From positions 1,920,001-1,984,000 of the forward strand of contig OZ243916.1 in NCBI GenBank assembly GCA_965213675.1: a DNA stretch of 64,000 nucleotides, read 5' to 3'. The notes below the pieces were generated by a model. The model saw only the letters and a list, made by a program, of their open reading frames with translations. It ran no database searches and was not told the DNA's origin. Position numbers and translations under genes: made by a program. Positions 48,090 through 56,721 of this stretch are shown in pieces (position 1 is the stretch's first letter; every line of letters begins with the position of its first letter). This stretch comes from an uncultured Candidatus Binatia bacterium (GTDB taxonomy: Bacteria > Desulfobacterota > Binatia > UBA9968 > JAJDTQ01).

Positions 48090-49457
48090 TCATTGCAGCC
48101 GGGGTGACCAGGACGGGTTTGTATCACCCGCGGCGGAGCCTGTCAATCTACGTTGGCTCTCTCCGTCCCGGCGCATGGTGTAGATGCGGCGGGACCCTGA
48201 CCGGTCGGATGTGAATGCCAGAAATCGTCCGTCCGGAGCCCACGAAGGGTCCTCGTCATTGGAACGGTTGGCGGTGAGCATCCGCAGGCCGCTGCCATCC
48301 GGCCGTATGGTGAAGATGTTCATGACGCCGTTCGTTCTTCCCGTGAACGCAATCAACTCGCCGGTGGGCGACCAGTCGGGCGACGTATTGTAAGATCCCT
48401 TGAACGTGATCCGTCGGATGGCGCCCGTAGCGACCTCCAGAACGTAGAGTTGCAGCGAACCTTGCCGATCCGACGAGAAGGCGATGCGGTCTCCCTTGGG
48501 GGACCACGTGGGCGACGTATCGATTCCAGGGTGATGGGTCAGCCGCTCCACGATGTGCCCCGAACGATTCAGCCGGTAGATGTCGTGGTTCCCGCTCCGC
48601 TCCAGCGGCGTGGCCAGATGCCGTCCATCTGGCGACCACTGGCCGCGGCCGTCACCCCGGGCGATGGCCTCTTCACGATTCTTCAGAAGATCGTAGCCGA
48701 AGACCTGCCACTTGCCGGTCTTGACCGAGAGGTAGACCAAACCCTCGCCGTTGCGTTCCCACCACGGGAACATGTTGATCGTCCGGTTGTAAGTCAGCTT
48801 CTTCTTCTCCGTGCCGTCCAGGTGCGAGACATGAATCTCCTTGAAGCGGTCTCTGCCGGTGGACACGTAGGCAATCCGGGTATCGAACACACCACGGGTC
48901 CCGGTCAGCTTCAGGATGATTTCGTCCACGAAACGGTGCGCCATGCGCCGCGCATCCCGGACTTCTCCGGTGTAGGCCTTGCCGACCATCTGACTCCGCC
49001 GGAACGTATCGTAAAGCCACAACTCGAACCGGATCTTTCCGTCGTCCAGGGTCTCGAAGCCGCCCTTGACGAGGACCTCCGCGCCAATGGTGGTCCAGTC
49101 ACGGAAATCGAAACCACCAAGCCGGATCCCGGTTTTCTGCGCATCTTCGATGTAGGCGGATCGGTCGACGACCTCGAACCAACCGGAGCGGTCGAGATCG
49201 TCCGCCATGACGTCCGCGATCCGTTCCGAGAACCCCTCGGCGTCGGGCCGGCTCCCCAGGTTCTTGAGCGGCGAGACCGCCAGCCGGAAACGCTCGGACC
49301 CCGGTCCGACGATCATGCCTGTCACCTGCGCCCGTGCCGCGCCGGCCGACAGCCCGCACAGTATCAGGCCCGCGACCATCCACCCCGTCACCCGGACCCA
49401 TGATCGGGCCCGGTTCGGGGTTCGTGGTCGTGACGGCGGTATGGTGGTGGCTGCCAT
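48090..49457 (-). CDS. tolB: Tol-Pal beta-propeller protein (start uncertain)
   Basis: G.RGVFDTRIAYV, repeated P.WSP..IAF.S motifs. Confidence 0.93.
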   Translation of the reverse strand: MAATTIPPSRPRTPNRARSWVRVTGWMVAGLILCGLSAGAARAQVTGMIVGPGSERFRLAVSPLKNLGSRPDAEGFSERIADVMADDLDRSGWFEVVDRSAYIEDAQKTGIRLGGFDFRDWTTIGAEVLVKGGFETLDDGKIRFELWLYDTFRRSQMVGKAYTGEVRDARRMAHRFVDEIILKLTGTRGVFDTRIAYVSTGRDRFKEIHVSHLDGTEKKKLTYNRTINMFPWWERNGEGLVYLSVKTGKWQVFGYDLLKNREEAIARGDGRGQWSPDGRHLATPLERSGNHDIYRLNRSGHIVERLTHHPGIDTSPTWSPKGDRIAFSSDRQGSLQLYVLEVATGAIRRITFKGSYNTSPDWSPTGELIAFTGRTNGVMNIFTIRPDGSGLRMLTANRSNDEDPSWAPDGRFLAFTSDRSGSRRIYTMRRDGESQRRLTGSAAGDTNPSWSPRLQ

Positions 49458-49625
49458 GGTCGGAGCGTCCTTTTTCCCTTGCATGAAATCAAACGGAACA
49501 GGAGTTTGTCGGATTTGGTTCAACGCCCTTCGACGCCGCCACGCTCCGGACCGGAGCCGGCGCCGCAAAAATTGAAGCCTGCGCCGGGAGCCCGCGCCAC
49601 AAGAACTGTGACCGGACGACATCCC

Positions 49626-49652
49626 GTAGGGACGACCGGCCGGTTACCCTAC
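49626..49652 (+). repeat. GTAG-type REP-like hairpin (degenerate) at the tolA stop codon
   Basis: GTAGGGACGACCGGCCGGTTACCCTAC. Confidence 0.65.
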
Positions 49653-50659
49653 CCTGGACCCAATCCGACAGGCCCCTGGCCATCAAGGTCGTCGGGACGG
49701 ACAGTGATCGTGACCTGCCTGAACTTCTGCACAAGATCCGGCGGCGGCGGCAACAAGCTGACCCGGCGCACCGCGCGAACCACCGATTCGTCAAAGGAAG
49801 CATCCCCCGATGTCTTGAGCAATTTGAGCCCGAAAATCTCTCCCTCGACGCTGACACCAAACCGAACCGTGACCTCGAGCTCGCCGTGCTTGCCGATCCA
49901 CGTCCATCGCTCCTTGATGCTTTCGAACAGTTGGCCACGGTAAGCCAGGAACTCCACGCTTCTGACGACCCCGCCGTTGCCCGACGCCTCGGTCCGGGGA
50001 GCCTCCGCGCCGCCGCCCTCCCGGCGCGCGGCCCGCTGCAAACGGCCACGCTCCGCCCTCTCCGCCACCACCTCTTCTATGCGCCGTTGCCGAAGCCGCT
50101 TGCTCAGCCGCGAGTCCCGAAGCGCGGCGCTCTTGGCCTCTGTCTTCTTCCTTGCGACCTTCGGCGTCTTCTTCGCGGGCCGTTTGGTGGTCACCTGCTT
50201 CCTGGTCACCTTCGTGGCAACGGACTTCTTGGGCGCAGGCTTTTTGCGCTTCACCACCTTGGGCTTGGGCTTCGGCGTCGGCTTCTCTTGCGGTTTGGCG
50301 ACCTTCCTGGTTGGCGCGGGCTTCTCGGGGGCCACGACCTTCTTCCTGGGCTTTTCCGGAGGCGCGGGAGCGGAAACCTTCGGCGCCGGCGTGTCCTCCC
50401 TTGGAGGCTCCGGCGCCGCCACGCCTGCTGCAGGAGGCGCCTTCGCCACCGGCGCCGGACCGGGCGCCACGAGATCCACCGTGTACACGGGCGGCAGCGC
50501 GGCGCGCCGGGCCGTGCTCGGCGGCACCCACAGCAGCAAGCCCAGCAGAACGAGATGGAGGACACCGGAGAAACAGACCCCCCACCACTTCAAACGGTGG
50601 GACTCCGGGCCGCCGCTCACCCGTCGGTTGTTGCGTCTACGGAACACGCCTTGCCCCAT
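49649..50659 (-). CDS. tolA: TolA/TonB-family energy transducer
   Basis: TM helix with SGVLH motif, Pro/Lys-rich linker, C-terminal SGDASFD..VRAV; between tolR and tolB. Confidence 0.82.
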   Translation of the reverse strand: MGQGVFRRRNNRRVSGGPESHRLKWWGVCFSGVLHLVLLGLLLWVPPSTARRAALPPVYTVDLVAPGPAPVAKAPPAAGVAAPEPPREDTPAPKVSAPAPPEKPRKKVVAPEKPAPTRKVAKPQEKPTPKPKPKVVKRKKPAPKKSVATKVTRKQVTTKRPAKKTPKVARKKTEAKSAALRDSRLSKRLRQRRIEEVVAERAERGRLQRAARREGGGAEAPRTEASGNGGVVRSVEFLAYRGQLFESIKERWTWIGKHGELEVTVRFGVSVEGEIFGLKLLKTSGDASFDESVVRAVRRVSLLPPPPDLVQKFRQVTITVRPDDLDGQGPVGLGPG

Positions 50660-50689
50660 CCTTCGCCGACCATCCTTCGGAATCGGCTG

Positions 50690-51109
50690 TCACGGGCCGT
50701 CCACGGGCGCCGCCATCATGCCGAGCGTTTCGATGCCGGCGCTCTTGATCTCGCCTATAGCAGCGATCACCGAGCCATAGCGCACGTCCCGGTCCGCCCT
50801 CAGGTAGACGGCCTTGGTGGCGTCCCGACTCCTGATCGCCTCCAGTTTCGTCCGCAACTCCAACGGGCTGACCTCGTTGTCGTTCAGATAGACGCGACCG
50901 TCCTGCGCAATGGTGACGATCAGAGGATCCTCCGGCCCCTCCACCGGAACGGCCTTGGCCTGGGGCAGATTCACCTCCACTCCCTGCTGGATGATCGGCG
51001 CCGTCACCATGAAGATCACCAGCAGCACCAACATGACGTCCACGAAGGGAGTCACGTTGATGTTGGACATCGGCATCTTGTCCCGCGCCTGGGTGACCTC
51101 GGCCGCCAT
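50690..51109 (-). CDS. tolR: TolR/ExbD protein
   Basis: INVTPFVDVMLVLLVIFMVTAP, LRAD. Confidence 0.92.
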   Translation of the reverse strand: MAAEVTQARDKMPMSNINVTPFVDVMLVLLVIFMVTAPIIQQGVEVNLPQAKAVPVEGPEDPLIVTIAQDGRVYLNDNEVSPLELRTKLEAIRSRDATKAVYLRADRDVRYGSVIAAIGEIKSAGIETLGMMAAPVDGP

Positions 51110-51150
51110 GGCTCAATCTTCCTTCATCATTCCTTCGTGAAATGCCGCGT

Positions 51151-51891
51151 CTACGCCTTCTTCGTGAAATGCCGCTCCGCGATGTTGAGGAACTCCTGCG
51201 TGAAGTTTTCCATGTCCGCCGTGAGCACCCGGATTTCCTGAACGAAGTGGTTGTAGGCCATGAGTGCGGGAATCGCCGCCAGGAGACCCGCGGCGGTGGC
51301 AATCAATGCTTCGGCGATGCCCGGGGCCACCGCCTGGATGGTGGACGACCGGCTCACGCTCAGGCCGCGGAACGCGTTCATGATGCCCCACACGGTGCCG
51401 AAGAGACCGATGAACGGCGTCGTGCCGGAGGTCGTCGCGAGAAAGGTCAGCGACTGCTCCAGCTTCGTCAACTCCACCGTAGTGGCGCGCTTCATGGCCC
51501 GAGCCACGTTGTCCACGCCACTCAGGTCGGTGGTCAGGTTTTCCGATTCCGCCGCGTTGCGGCGCGATACCCGAAGCAATTCCTCGTATCCGGCGATGAA
51601 CACCTGCGCCACCGGGCTGTCCGCCAAGTCCCGGCTCGCCTCGTGGATTGACGCCAGGTTGCGGCTTTCCCAGAAGATTTCGATGAAACTGGCCGACTGC
51701 CGTTTGGCGGCGCGTACGCGCCTGAATTTGTAGAGAATGATTCCCCAGCTCCCCACCGAGAAAAGAATCAGCAGGTAGAGAACCGCCTGAACCACCGGCC
51801 CGGACCCGGCCACCAGGTCGAGGATGCCCTGTTGCTGCATTCCCAGAGCGTGCGGCTGAACCGCAAGCTGGTAGATCGAGAGGTACGGCAT
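51151..51891 (-). CDS. tolQ: TolQ/ExbB proton channel (start uncertain)
   Basis: PFIGLFGTVWGIM, VAPGIAEALIATAAGL.AAIPA. Confidence 0.93.
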   Translation of the reverse strand: MPYLSIYQLAVQPHALGMQQQGILDLVAGSGPVVQAVLYLLILFSVGSWGIILYKFRRVRAAKRQSASFIEIFWESRNLASIHEASRDLADSPVAQVFIAGYEELLRVSRRNAAESENLTTDLSGVDNVARAMKRATTVELTKLEQSLTFLATTSGTTPFIGLFGTVWGIMNAFRGLSVSRSSTIQAVAPGIAEALIATAAGLLAAIPALMAYNHFVQEIRVLTADMENFTQEFLNIAERHFTKKA

Positions 51892-51996
51892 CAATACGGC
51901 ATCAGGCGCGGCAACAAGTACGGCATCAGGCGCGGCAACAGCATCCTATTGTCTTGAAAAGTTATTATAATCGCAGTACCTAGTCAAATTCTGCCC

Positions 51997-53184
51997 ATGC
52001 TCCGGAGCGTTTCACAACTGGATGTGGCCGGGAAGACGGTGTTTCTCCGTGCGGACTTCAATGTGCCCCTTGCGGGCGGGATCATCACCGAAACACATCG
52101 CATCGACGGCACGCTGCCCACCATCGAGCTCCTGCTGGAACGAGGCGCGCAGGTGCTGGTCGCGTCGCACCTGGGGCGTCCCGGTGGCGCCGCGGACCCC
52201 CGGTGGAGTCTTGCCCCGGTGGCGCGCTACCTGCAGGACAGACTCGGCCGTGCGGCGCCGCTCGCGCCCGACTGTGTGGGAGGCGCGGTGAAGCAGTCCT
52301 TGGCGGAACCGGGCGCGTCCGGGCTCGTGCTGCTGGAAAACCTCCGTTTTCACGCCGGCGAAGAGGCCAACGCCCCGGCCTTTGCCGCAGCCCTCGCCAG
52401 CTTGGCCGATGTCTATGTCAACGACGCCTTCGGCGCGGCGCACCGGGCGCACGCCTCCACTGCGGGGATGGCGGCATACTTCCGGGAAAAAGGGGCGGGA
52501 TTGCTCTTCGAGAGGGAGGTCGACTACCTGTCGCGGGTCCTGGAAGCGCCCGAGCGTCCGGTGGCGGCCATCCTCGGCGGGGCCAAGGTTTCCGACAAGA
52601 TCGGCATTCTCAAGAACCTGATCCCGCGGGTGGACATGATCCTGGTGGGCGGGGCCATGGCCTACACGTTCCTCGCCGCCCGCGGCATCGCGGTGGGACG
52701 TTCTCTGCTGGAGAAGGACTTCCTCCACGTCGCGCGGGAGATCCTGGACGCGGCCGCGGCCTCCGGCGTGCCGTTCCTCCTCCCCGTGGACCATGTGGTG
52801 GCCGAGGATGCCGCGGTGGAGGAGCCGGCCGTGACCGGCGACGAGCGCATTCCCGACGGGCGCATGGGGCTCGACATCGGACCGAGGACCGCGGCGCTCT
52901 TTGCCGGGCGCCTCAAGGACGCGGCCGTGACCCTGTGGAACGGCCCCCTCGGCCTCTTCGAACGGGAGCCGTACCGCCACGGGACCGTGGCCGTGGCACA
53001 GGCCCTGGCGGCCTCCGAAGCCACCACCGTCATCGCTGGCGGCGACACCGTGGCCGCGGTGGGGCTCGCCGGAACCGCCGGCGCCATGACCCACCTGTCC
53101 ACCGGAGGAGGCGCCGCACTGGAATTTCTCGAAGGGAGAATATTGCCCGGGGTCCAGGCACTGGAAGTCCCCGAGCCCGAGTGA
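51997..53184 (+). CDS. pgk: Phosphoglycerate kinase
   Basis: [39 protein letters not shown]. Confidence 0.97.
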   Translation: MLRSVSQLDVAGKTVFLRADFNVPLAGGIITETHRIDGTLPTIELLLERGAQVLVASHLGRPGGAADPRWSLAPVARYLQDRLGRAAPLAPDCVGGAVKQSLAEPGASGLVLLENLRFHAGEEANAPAFAAALASLADVYVNDAFGAAHRAHASTAGMAAYFREKGAGLLFEREVDYLSRVLEAPERPVAAILGGAKVSDKIGILKNLIPRVDMILVGGAMAYTFLAARGIAVGRSLLEKDFLHVAREILDAAAASGVPFLLPVDHVVAEDAAVEEPAVTGDERIPDGRMGLDIGPRTAALFAGRLKDAAVTLWNGPLGLFEREPYRHGTVAVAQALAASEATTVIAGGDTVAAVGLAGTAGAMTHLSTGGGAALEFLEGRILPGVQALEVPEPE

Positions 53185-53191
53185 TTCCGCA

Positions 53192-53980
53192 ATGCTCATG
53201 GCACAGTGCACGGTCATCGCCAACTGGAAGATGCACGGGACCCGGGACCAGGCCCGGGACCTCGCCCGCGCCGTCCGGCAACTCGTGGAAAACCGTTTTC
53301 GCGCGGTCGAAGTCGTCCTGGCGCCGCCCTTCACCTCCCTTGAGGCGGTGCAGAGATCCCTGGAGGGAAGCCGGTTGCGCCTGGCCGCCCAGAACCTCCA
53401 CTGGCAGCCGAGTGGGGCGTTCACCGGAGAAGTGTCCGCCGGCATGCTGCGGGACGCAGGCTGCAGCCACGTCCTTGTCGGCCACTCCGAAAGGCGCCGG
53501 TTGTTCGGCGAGACCAACCGTGAGGTCGGCCGCAAGCTCGCCGCGGCACTGGAGGCCTCTCTCAAACCGGTTCTCTGCATCGGCGAGACGCTGGCGGAGC
53601 GTCGCCGGGGCGACACGCACCGCACCCTCTCGGCTCAGCTCTCGGGCGCATTGAAGGATGTTCCGAAAAGTGTTATTGAACCGCTGACGATAGCGTATGA
53701 GCCGGTCTGGGCCATCGGCACCGGCCGGCACGCGACACCCACGCAGGTGGCCGAGGCCCAGGGCTGGATACGACGCGCCCTTGCGCGCCGCTTCGGGACG
53801 GCTCCGGCGCGAGCGATACCCATTCTCTACGGCGGTAGCGTCAACCCCGACAGCGCTGCGGCACTGGCCGGGGTTGCGGAAGTGGACGGCGCGCTGGTGG
53901 GTGGGGCGAGCCTGGACCATCAGAGCTTCGGCGCCATTGTCAAGATATTCTCGGCGGAGACGCGAAAGGCTCGGACATGA
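53192..53980 (+). CDS. tpiA: Triosephosphate isomerase
   Basis: NWKM, GAFTGE, GHSERR, AYEPVWAIGTG, YGGSV, LVGGASL. Confidence 0.97.
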   Translation: MLMAQCTVIANWKMHGTRDQARDLARAVRQLVENRFRAVEVVLAPPFTSLEAVQRSLEGSRLRLAAQNLHWQPSGAFTGEVSAGMLRDAGCSHVLVGHSERRRLFGETNREVGRKLAAALEASLKPVLCIGETLAERRRGDTHRTLSAQLSGALKDVPKSVIEPLTIAYEPVWAIGTGRHATPTQVAEAQGWIRRALARRFGTAPARAIPILYGGSVNPDSAAALAGVAEVDGALVGGASLDHQSFGAIVKIFSAETRKART

Positions 53981-54327
53981 CCATCCTGGTGACCACCGTT
54001 CATATTCTGGTTTGTCTGGGGCTCATCGTGGTGGTGCTGCTGCAGACCGGCAAGGGCACCGACATGGGCGCCGCCTTCGGCGGCGGCTCCAGCACGACTG
54101 TCTTTGGCAGCAGCGGCGCGGGCAACTTCCTCACGCGGATGACCACGGGCATGGCCGTGGTATTCATGGTCACATCCCTGACGCTGGGTTACTTCTCCCA
54201 ACCGGGCACCGGATCGAGCGTCTTCGACAGCGTCGCGCCGCAGCCCGCCCCCGCGGCGGCGCCAGCCGAGCCGACAACGGCCGAGCAGGGCACGGAAACG
54301 CCCGCCGAGGCGCCCGCCGCTCCCTGA
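53977..54327 (+). CDS. secG: Preprotein translocase subunit SecG
   Basis: VLLQTGKG..GAAFGGG, FLTRMT; canonical tpiA-secG-tRNA order. Confidence 0.95.
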   Translation: MTILVTTVHILVCLGLIVVVLLQTGKGTDMGAAFGGGSSTTVFGSSGAGNFLTRMTTGMAVVFMVTSLTLGYFSQPGTGSSVFDSVAPQPAPAAAPAEPTTAEQGTETPAEAPAAP

Positions 54328-54349
54328 GAAAACAGATTCACGCGAATAT

Positions 54350-54436
54350 GCGAGGATGGCGGAATAGGCAGACGCGCTAGCTTGAGGGGCTAGTGCCAGC
54401 AATGGCGTGGGGGTTCAAGTCCCCCTCCTCGCACCA
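54350..54436 (+). tRNA. tRNA-Leu(GAG)
   Basis: Acceptor GCGAGGA/TCCTCGC-ACCA, anticodon arm CTAGC-TTGAGGG-GCTAG, long variable arm, GGGGG-TTCAAGT-CCCCC. Confidence 0.97.
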
Positions 54437-54566
54437 CCTTCCCCATCTTCCTGGCGTTCGCCAGGGAATATCTGCGGCGCGCAGACCCGGATTGCCATAC
54501 GGGAACTACACCCTGCGCAGGTGTATTTCTCTCCCGCCCGGAGCCATGACACAACCGGCGGTTGGT

Positions 54567-55133
54567 TTAATTGACAGCGACCTTGGTCGTTGGGACGCCT
54601 ACGTGGCTCCTTACGGTCTGGTTGCCGAGCAGAGGCGGCGAGTGCAGTTCATTAAATTCGGCGTCGGACTGCAATTCCAGCCACACTTCACCAACATAGC
54701 GATCCTGTCTGGCTCCGACCTGATACGTCGGGGTGAAGTCCTCGTTGTGTGAGCAGTCATTGTCGGATGCCGTACAGTCCCACTCCATAGAGATCTCATA
54801 CACCGTACTGCTGACCTTCTTGATTTCTTCAGTAACTGTTCCCAGGCCGTACCTGCGGTTGGTGTAGCCTGGGACCAGGTTGGTCGTATCGTCTGTCATA
54901 AAGTCGTGCCAACTGACTCCGCCCACCGGTTCGGAGAAAGTCACCTGCCACGTCACTTTCTGCGTGTTCCCGCCTGCCGGTTGGTTCACGCCGCAGATGT
55001 AAGGCTCAAACAATGTCCGATCCGCTGCAGCCAGAGGGCAACTACCTTGAGCTCTTGCTTCACCGGCAAGGCCAAGTAGGGCTACCCCCGCCCAGAAGAC
55101 GGCAATCGTCAGGTATCGTATAATGTTGTTCAT
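54567..55133 (-). CDS. Hypothetical exported protein with Ig-like character
   Basis: Signal peptide ending ARA; VTWQVTFSEPVGGV..DF resembles bacterial Ig-like repeats; 4 Cys; lower GC than flanks. Confidence 0.65.
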   Translation of the reverse strand: MNNIIRYLTIAVFWAGVALLGLAGEARAQGSCPLAAADRTLFEPYICGVNQPAGGNTQKVTWQVTFSEPVGGVSWHDFMTDDTTNLVPGYTNRRYGLGTVTEEIKKVSSTVYEISMEWDCTASDNDCSHNEDFTPTYQVGARQDRYVGEVWLELQSDAEFNELHSPPLLGNQTVRSHVGVPTTKVAVN

Positions 55134-55496
55134 GATCTCGCTCCCACTCCCGGTGTGTTAACTGTCCCGAGTATAGCGTAACCAAAAGGTAACTACCCAA
55201 GTAGAGGGCCTCGGCGATTTCGGCGTCGCGCTCGGAAGTCACGCCTTTGTCAAGCTCCATGGCGAATTCCGTCAGCATCTGGCCCGGAAATTCCTTGGAA
55301 CCAATTGTCTCATACCACGGCGGCAAGTCCAGGAACAATTCCGGCTCGCGCTGAGGGCTTGTGATGAGTGAGGTGAGGTGGCCTTGCTACAGGTGGTTTC
55401 GCGGGTCCCCAAATCCACCGTCCGGCGGCTGCATCATGGACCGTCGAGGCGGATCAAACGTTCGCCACTCCTCAGTATCCGCGCCACTCCCGCCCC

Positions 55497-55796
55497 CTAC
55501 TGCATGGCTCGGGCGATGTCGTAAAGGGACTGCACAAGAAAGGCGCGCAGGAACCACAGGATCAACAAGGCCGCCACTGGCGACATGTCGATGCCGCCGA
55601 ACGCCAACGGAAGGGTTTGTCTCAGCCGGTTCAGGACCGGATCGGTGAGATTGCAGAGCATGCGCACGATGGGATTGTAAGGATCCGCGTTGACCCAGGA
55701 GATCACCGCGCGACCGATGATCACCCACACGTAAAGGGTGATCACCATGTTCAAGAGACCCGCCAAGGCCTCGATAAAGTTACTCGCGACGAACAT
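55497..55796 (-). CDS. yggT: YggT-family membrane protein
   Basis: ISWVNADPYNPIV..L..LTDPVL, GGIDMSP. Confidence 0.92.
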   Translation of the reverse strand: MFVASNFIEALAGLLNMVITLYVWVIIGRAVISWVNADPYNPIVRMLCNLTDPVLNRLRQTLPLAFGGIDMSPVAALLILWFLRAFLVQSLYDIARAMQ

Positions 55797-55834
55797 CTTC
55801 CTCCAGCCTTGATCGTTGTTGCCGGCTCAGTCGC

Positions 55835-56530
55835 TCAGGGCCGGTTCCGAGGTCCGAACAGCGCAGTCCCTACCCGTACCAGCGTCGACCCTTCCGCCAC
55901 CGCCACTTCGTAGTCGTGGGTCATCCCCATGGAAAGCTCGTCCAGCATCACATGGGGCAGGCCCAGATCCATAACCGTGTCGCGCAGCTCCCGCAGCCGC
56001 CGAAAATACCGCCGGCTCGCCTCCGGATTCTCCGCCAGAGGCGGCACCGTCATCAGTCCCTTGACGCGAACGCGATCAAGACACGACACCTCGCGGAGCA
56101 AGGGAACCAGGCCATCCTGGGAAACCCCCGACTTGGTGGCCTCCGAGGCAAGATTCACCTCCACCATCACGCCGATGTCCCGGTCCTGTGCGCGCCCCTC
56201 CCGATCAACCGCGTGCGCGAGCCGAACGTTGTCCAGCGTTTGAATCACCGCGAACAACCCCACGGCCACGCGCGCCTTGTTGCGCTGAAGATGTCCGATC
56301 AGGTGCCACTCGGCGGCGTCGCCAAGCATCGCCTTCTTGGCTTGGGCTTCCTGCACATAGTTCTCTCCCACCAAGTGCACGCCCGCGTCCAACGCGGTGC
56401 GCACCGCGGCTGCACTCTGGGTCTTGGTGGCCGCCAGGAGCCGGACTCCGCGGGGGTCCCGGCCGCTTCGTTCCGCCGCGGCCGCGATGCCATCCATGAC
56501 CCGCTTGCAGTTGCCGGCGATGTCCACCAT
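55835..56530 (-). CDS. yggS: PLP homeostasis protein YggS
   Basis: LLAATK, GENYVQE, WHLIGHLQRNK, KSG, LSMGMTHD, VRVGTALFG. Confidence 0.95.
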   Translation of the reverse strand: MVDIAGNCKRVMDGIAAAAERSGRDPRGVRLLAATKTQSAAAVRTALDAGVHLVGENYVQEAQAKKAMLGDAAEWHLIGHLQRNKARVAVGLFAVIQTLDNVRLAHAVDREGRAQDRDIGVMVEVNLASEATKSGVSQDGLVPLLREVSCLDRVRVKGLMTVPPLAENPEASRRYFRRLRELRDTVMDLGLPHVMLDELSMGMTHDYEVAVAEGSTLVRVGTALFGPRNRP

Positions 56531-56721
56531 GTGCCCGAAGCGCGCTCCTCGGCGCCGTTCCCGAAGAAACAACTGTCTTTTGGCCATCTGTCTACTGGCC
56601 CGCGTTTCGCTGGAGTATACCACAGTGCCGACCCGAGTGAATCGACGCTCGCCGGGTCTGTGCCGCACCGCGCGCTTACGCGAGCGCGCCGGTATTGCTA
56701 CAATTCGCGAATCGTTTCGCC

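Noticed and set aside
55060-55338. 92-aa ORF as a functional gene
   Set aside because: TTG start without a clear RBS, overlaps the next gene's start and promoter region, no recognisable motif; at most a fragment.
54350-55496. Prophage or integrative element at tRNA-Leu
   Set aside because: No integrase and no duplicated tRNA 3' end were found.
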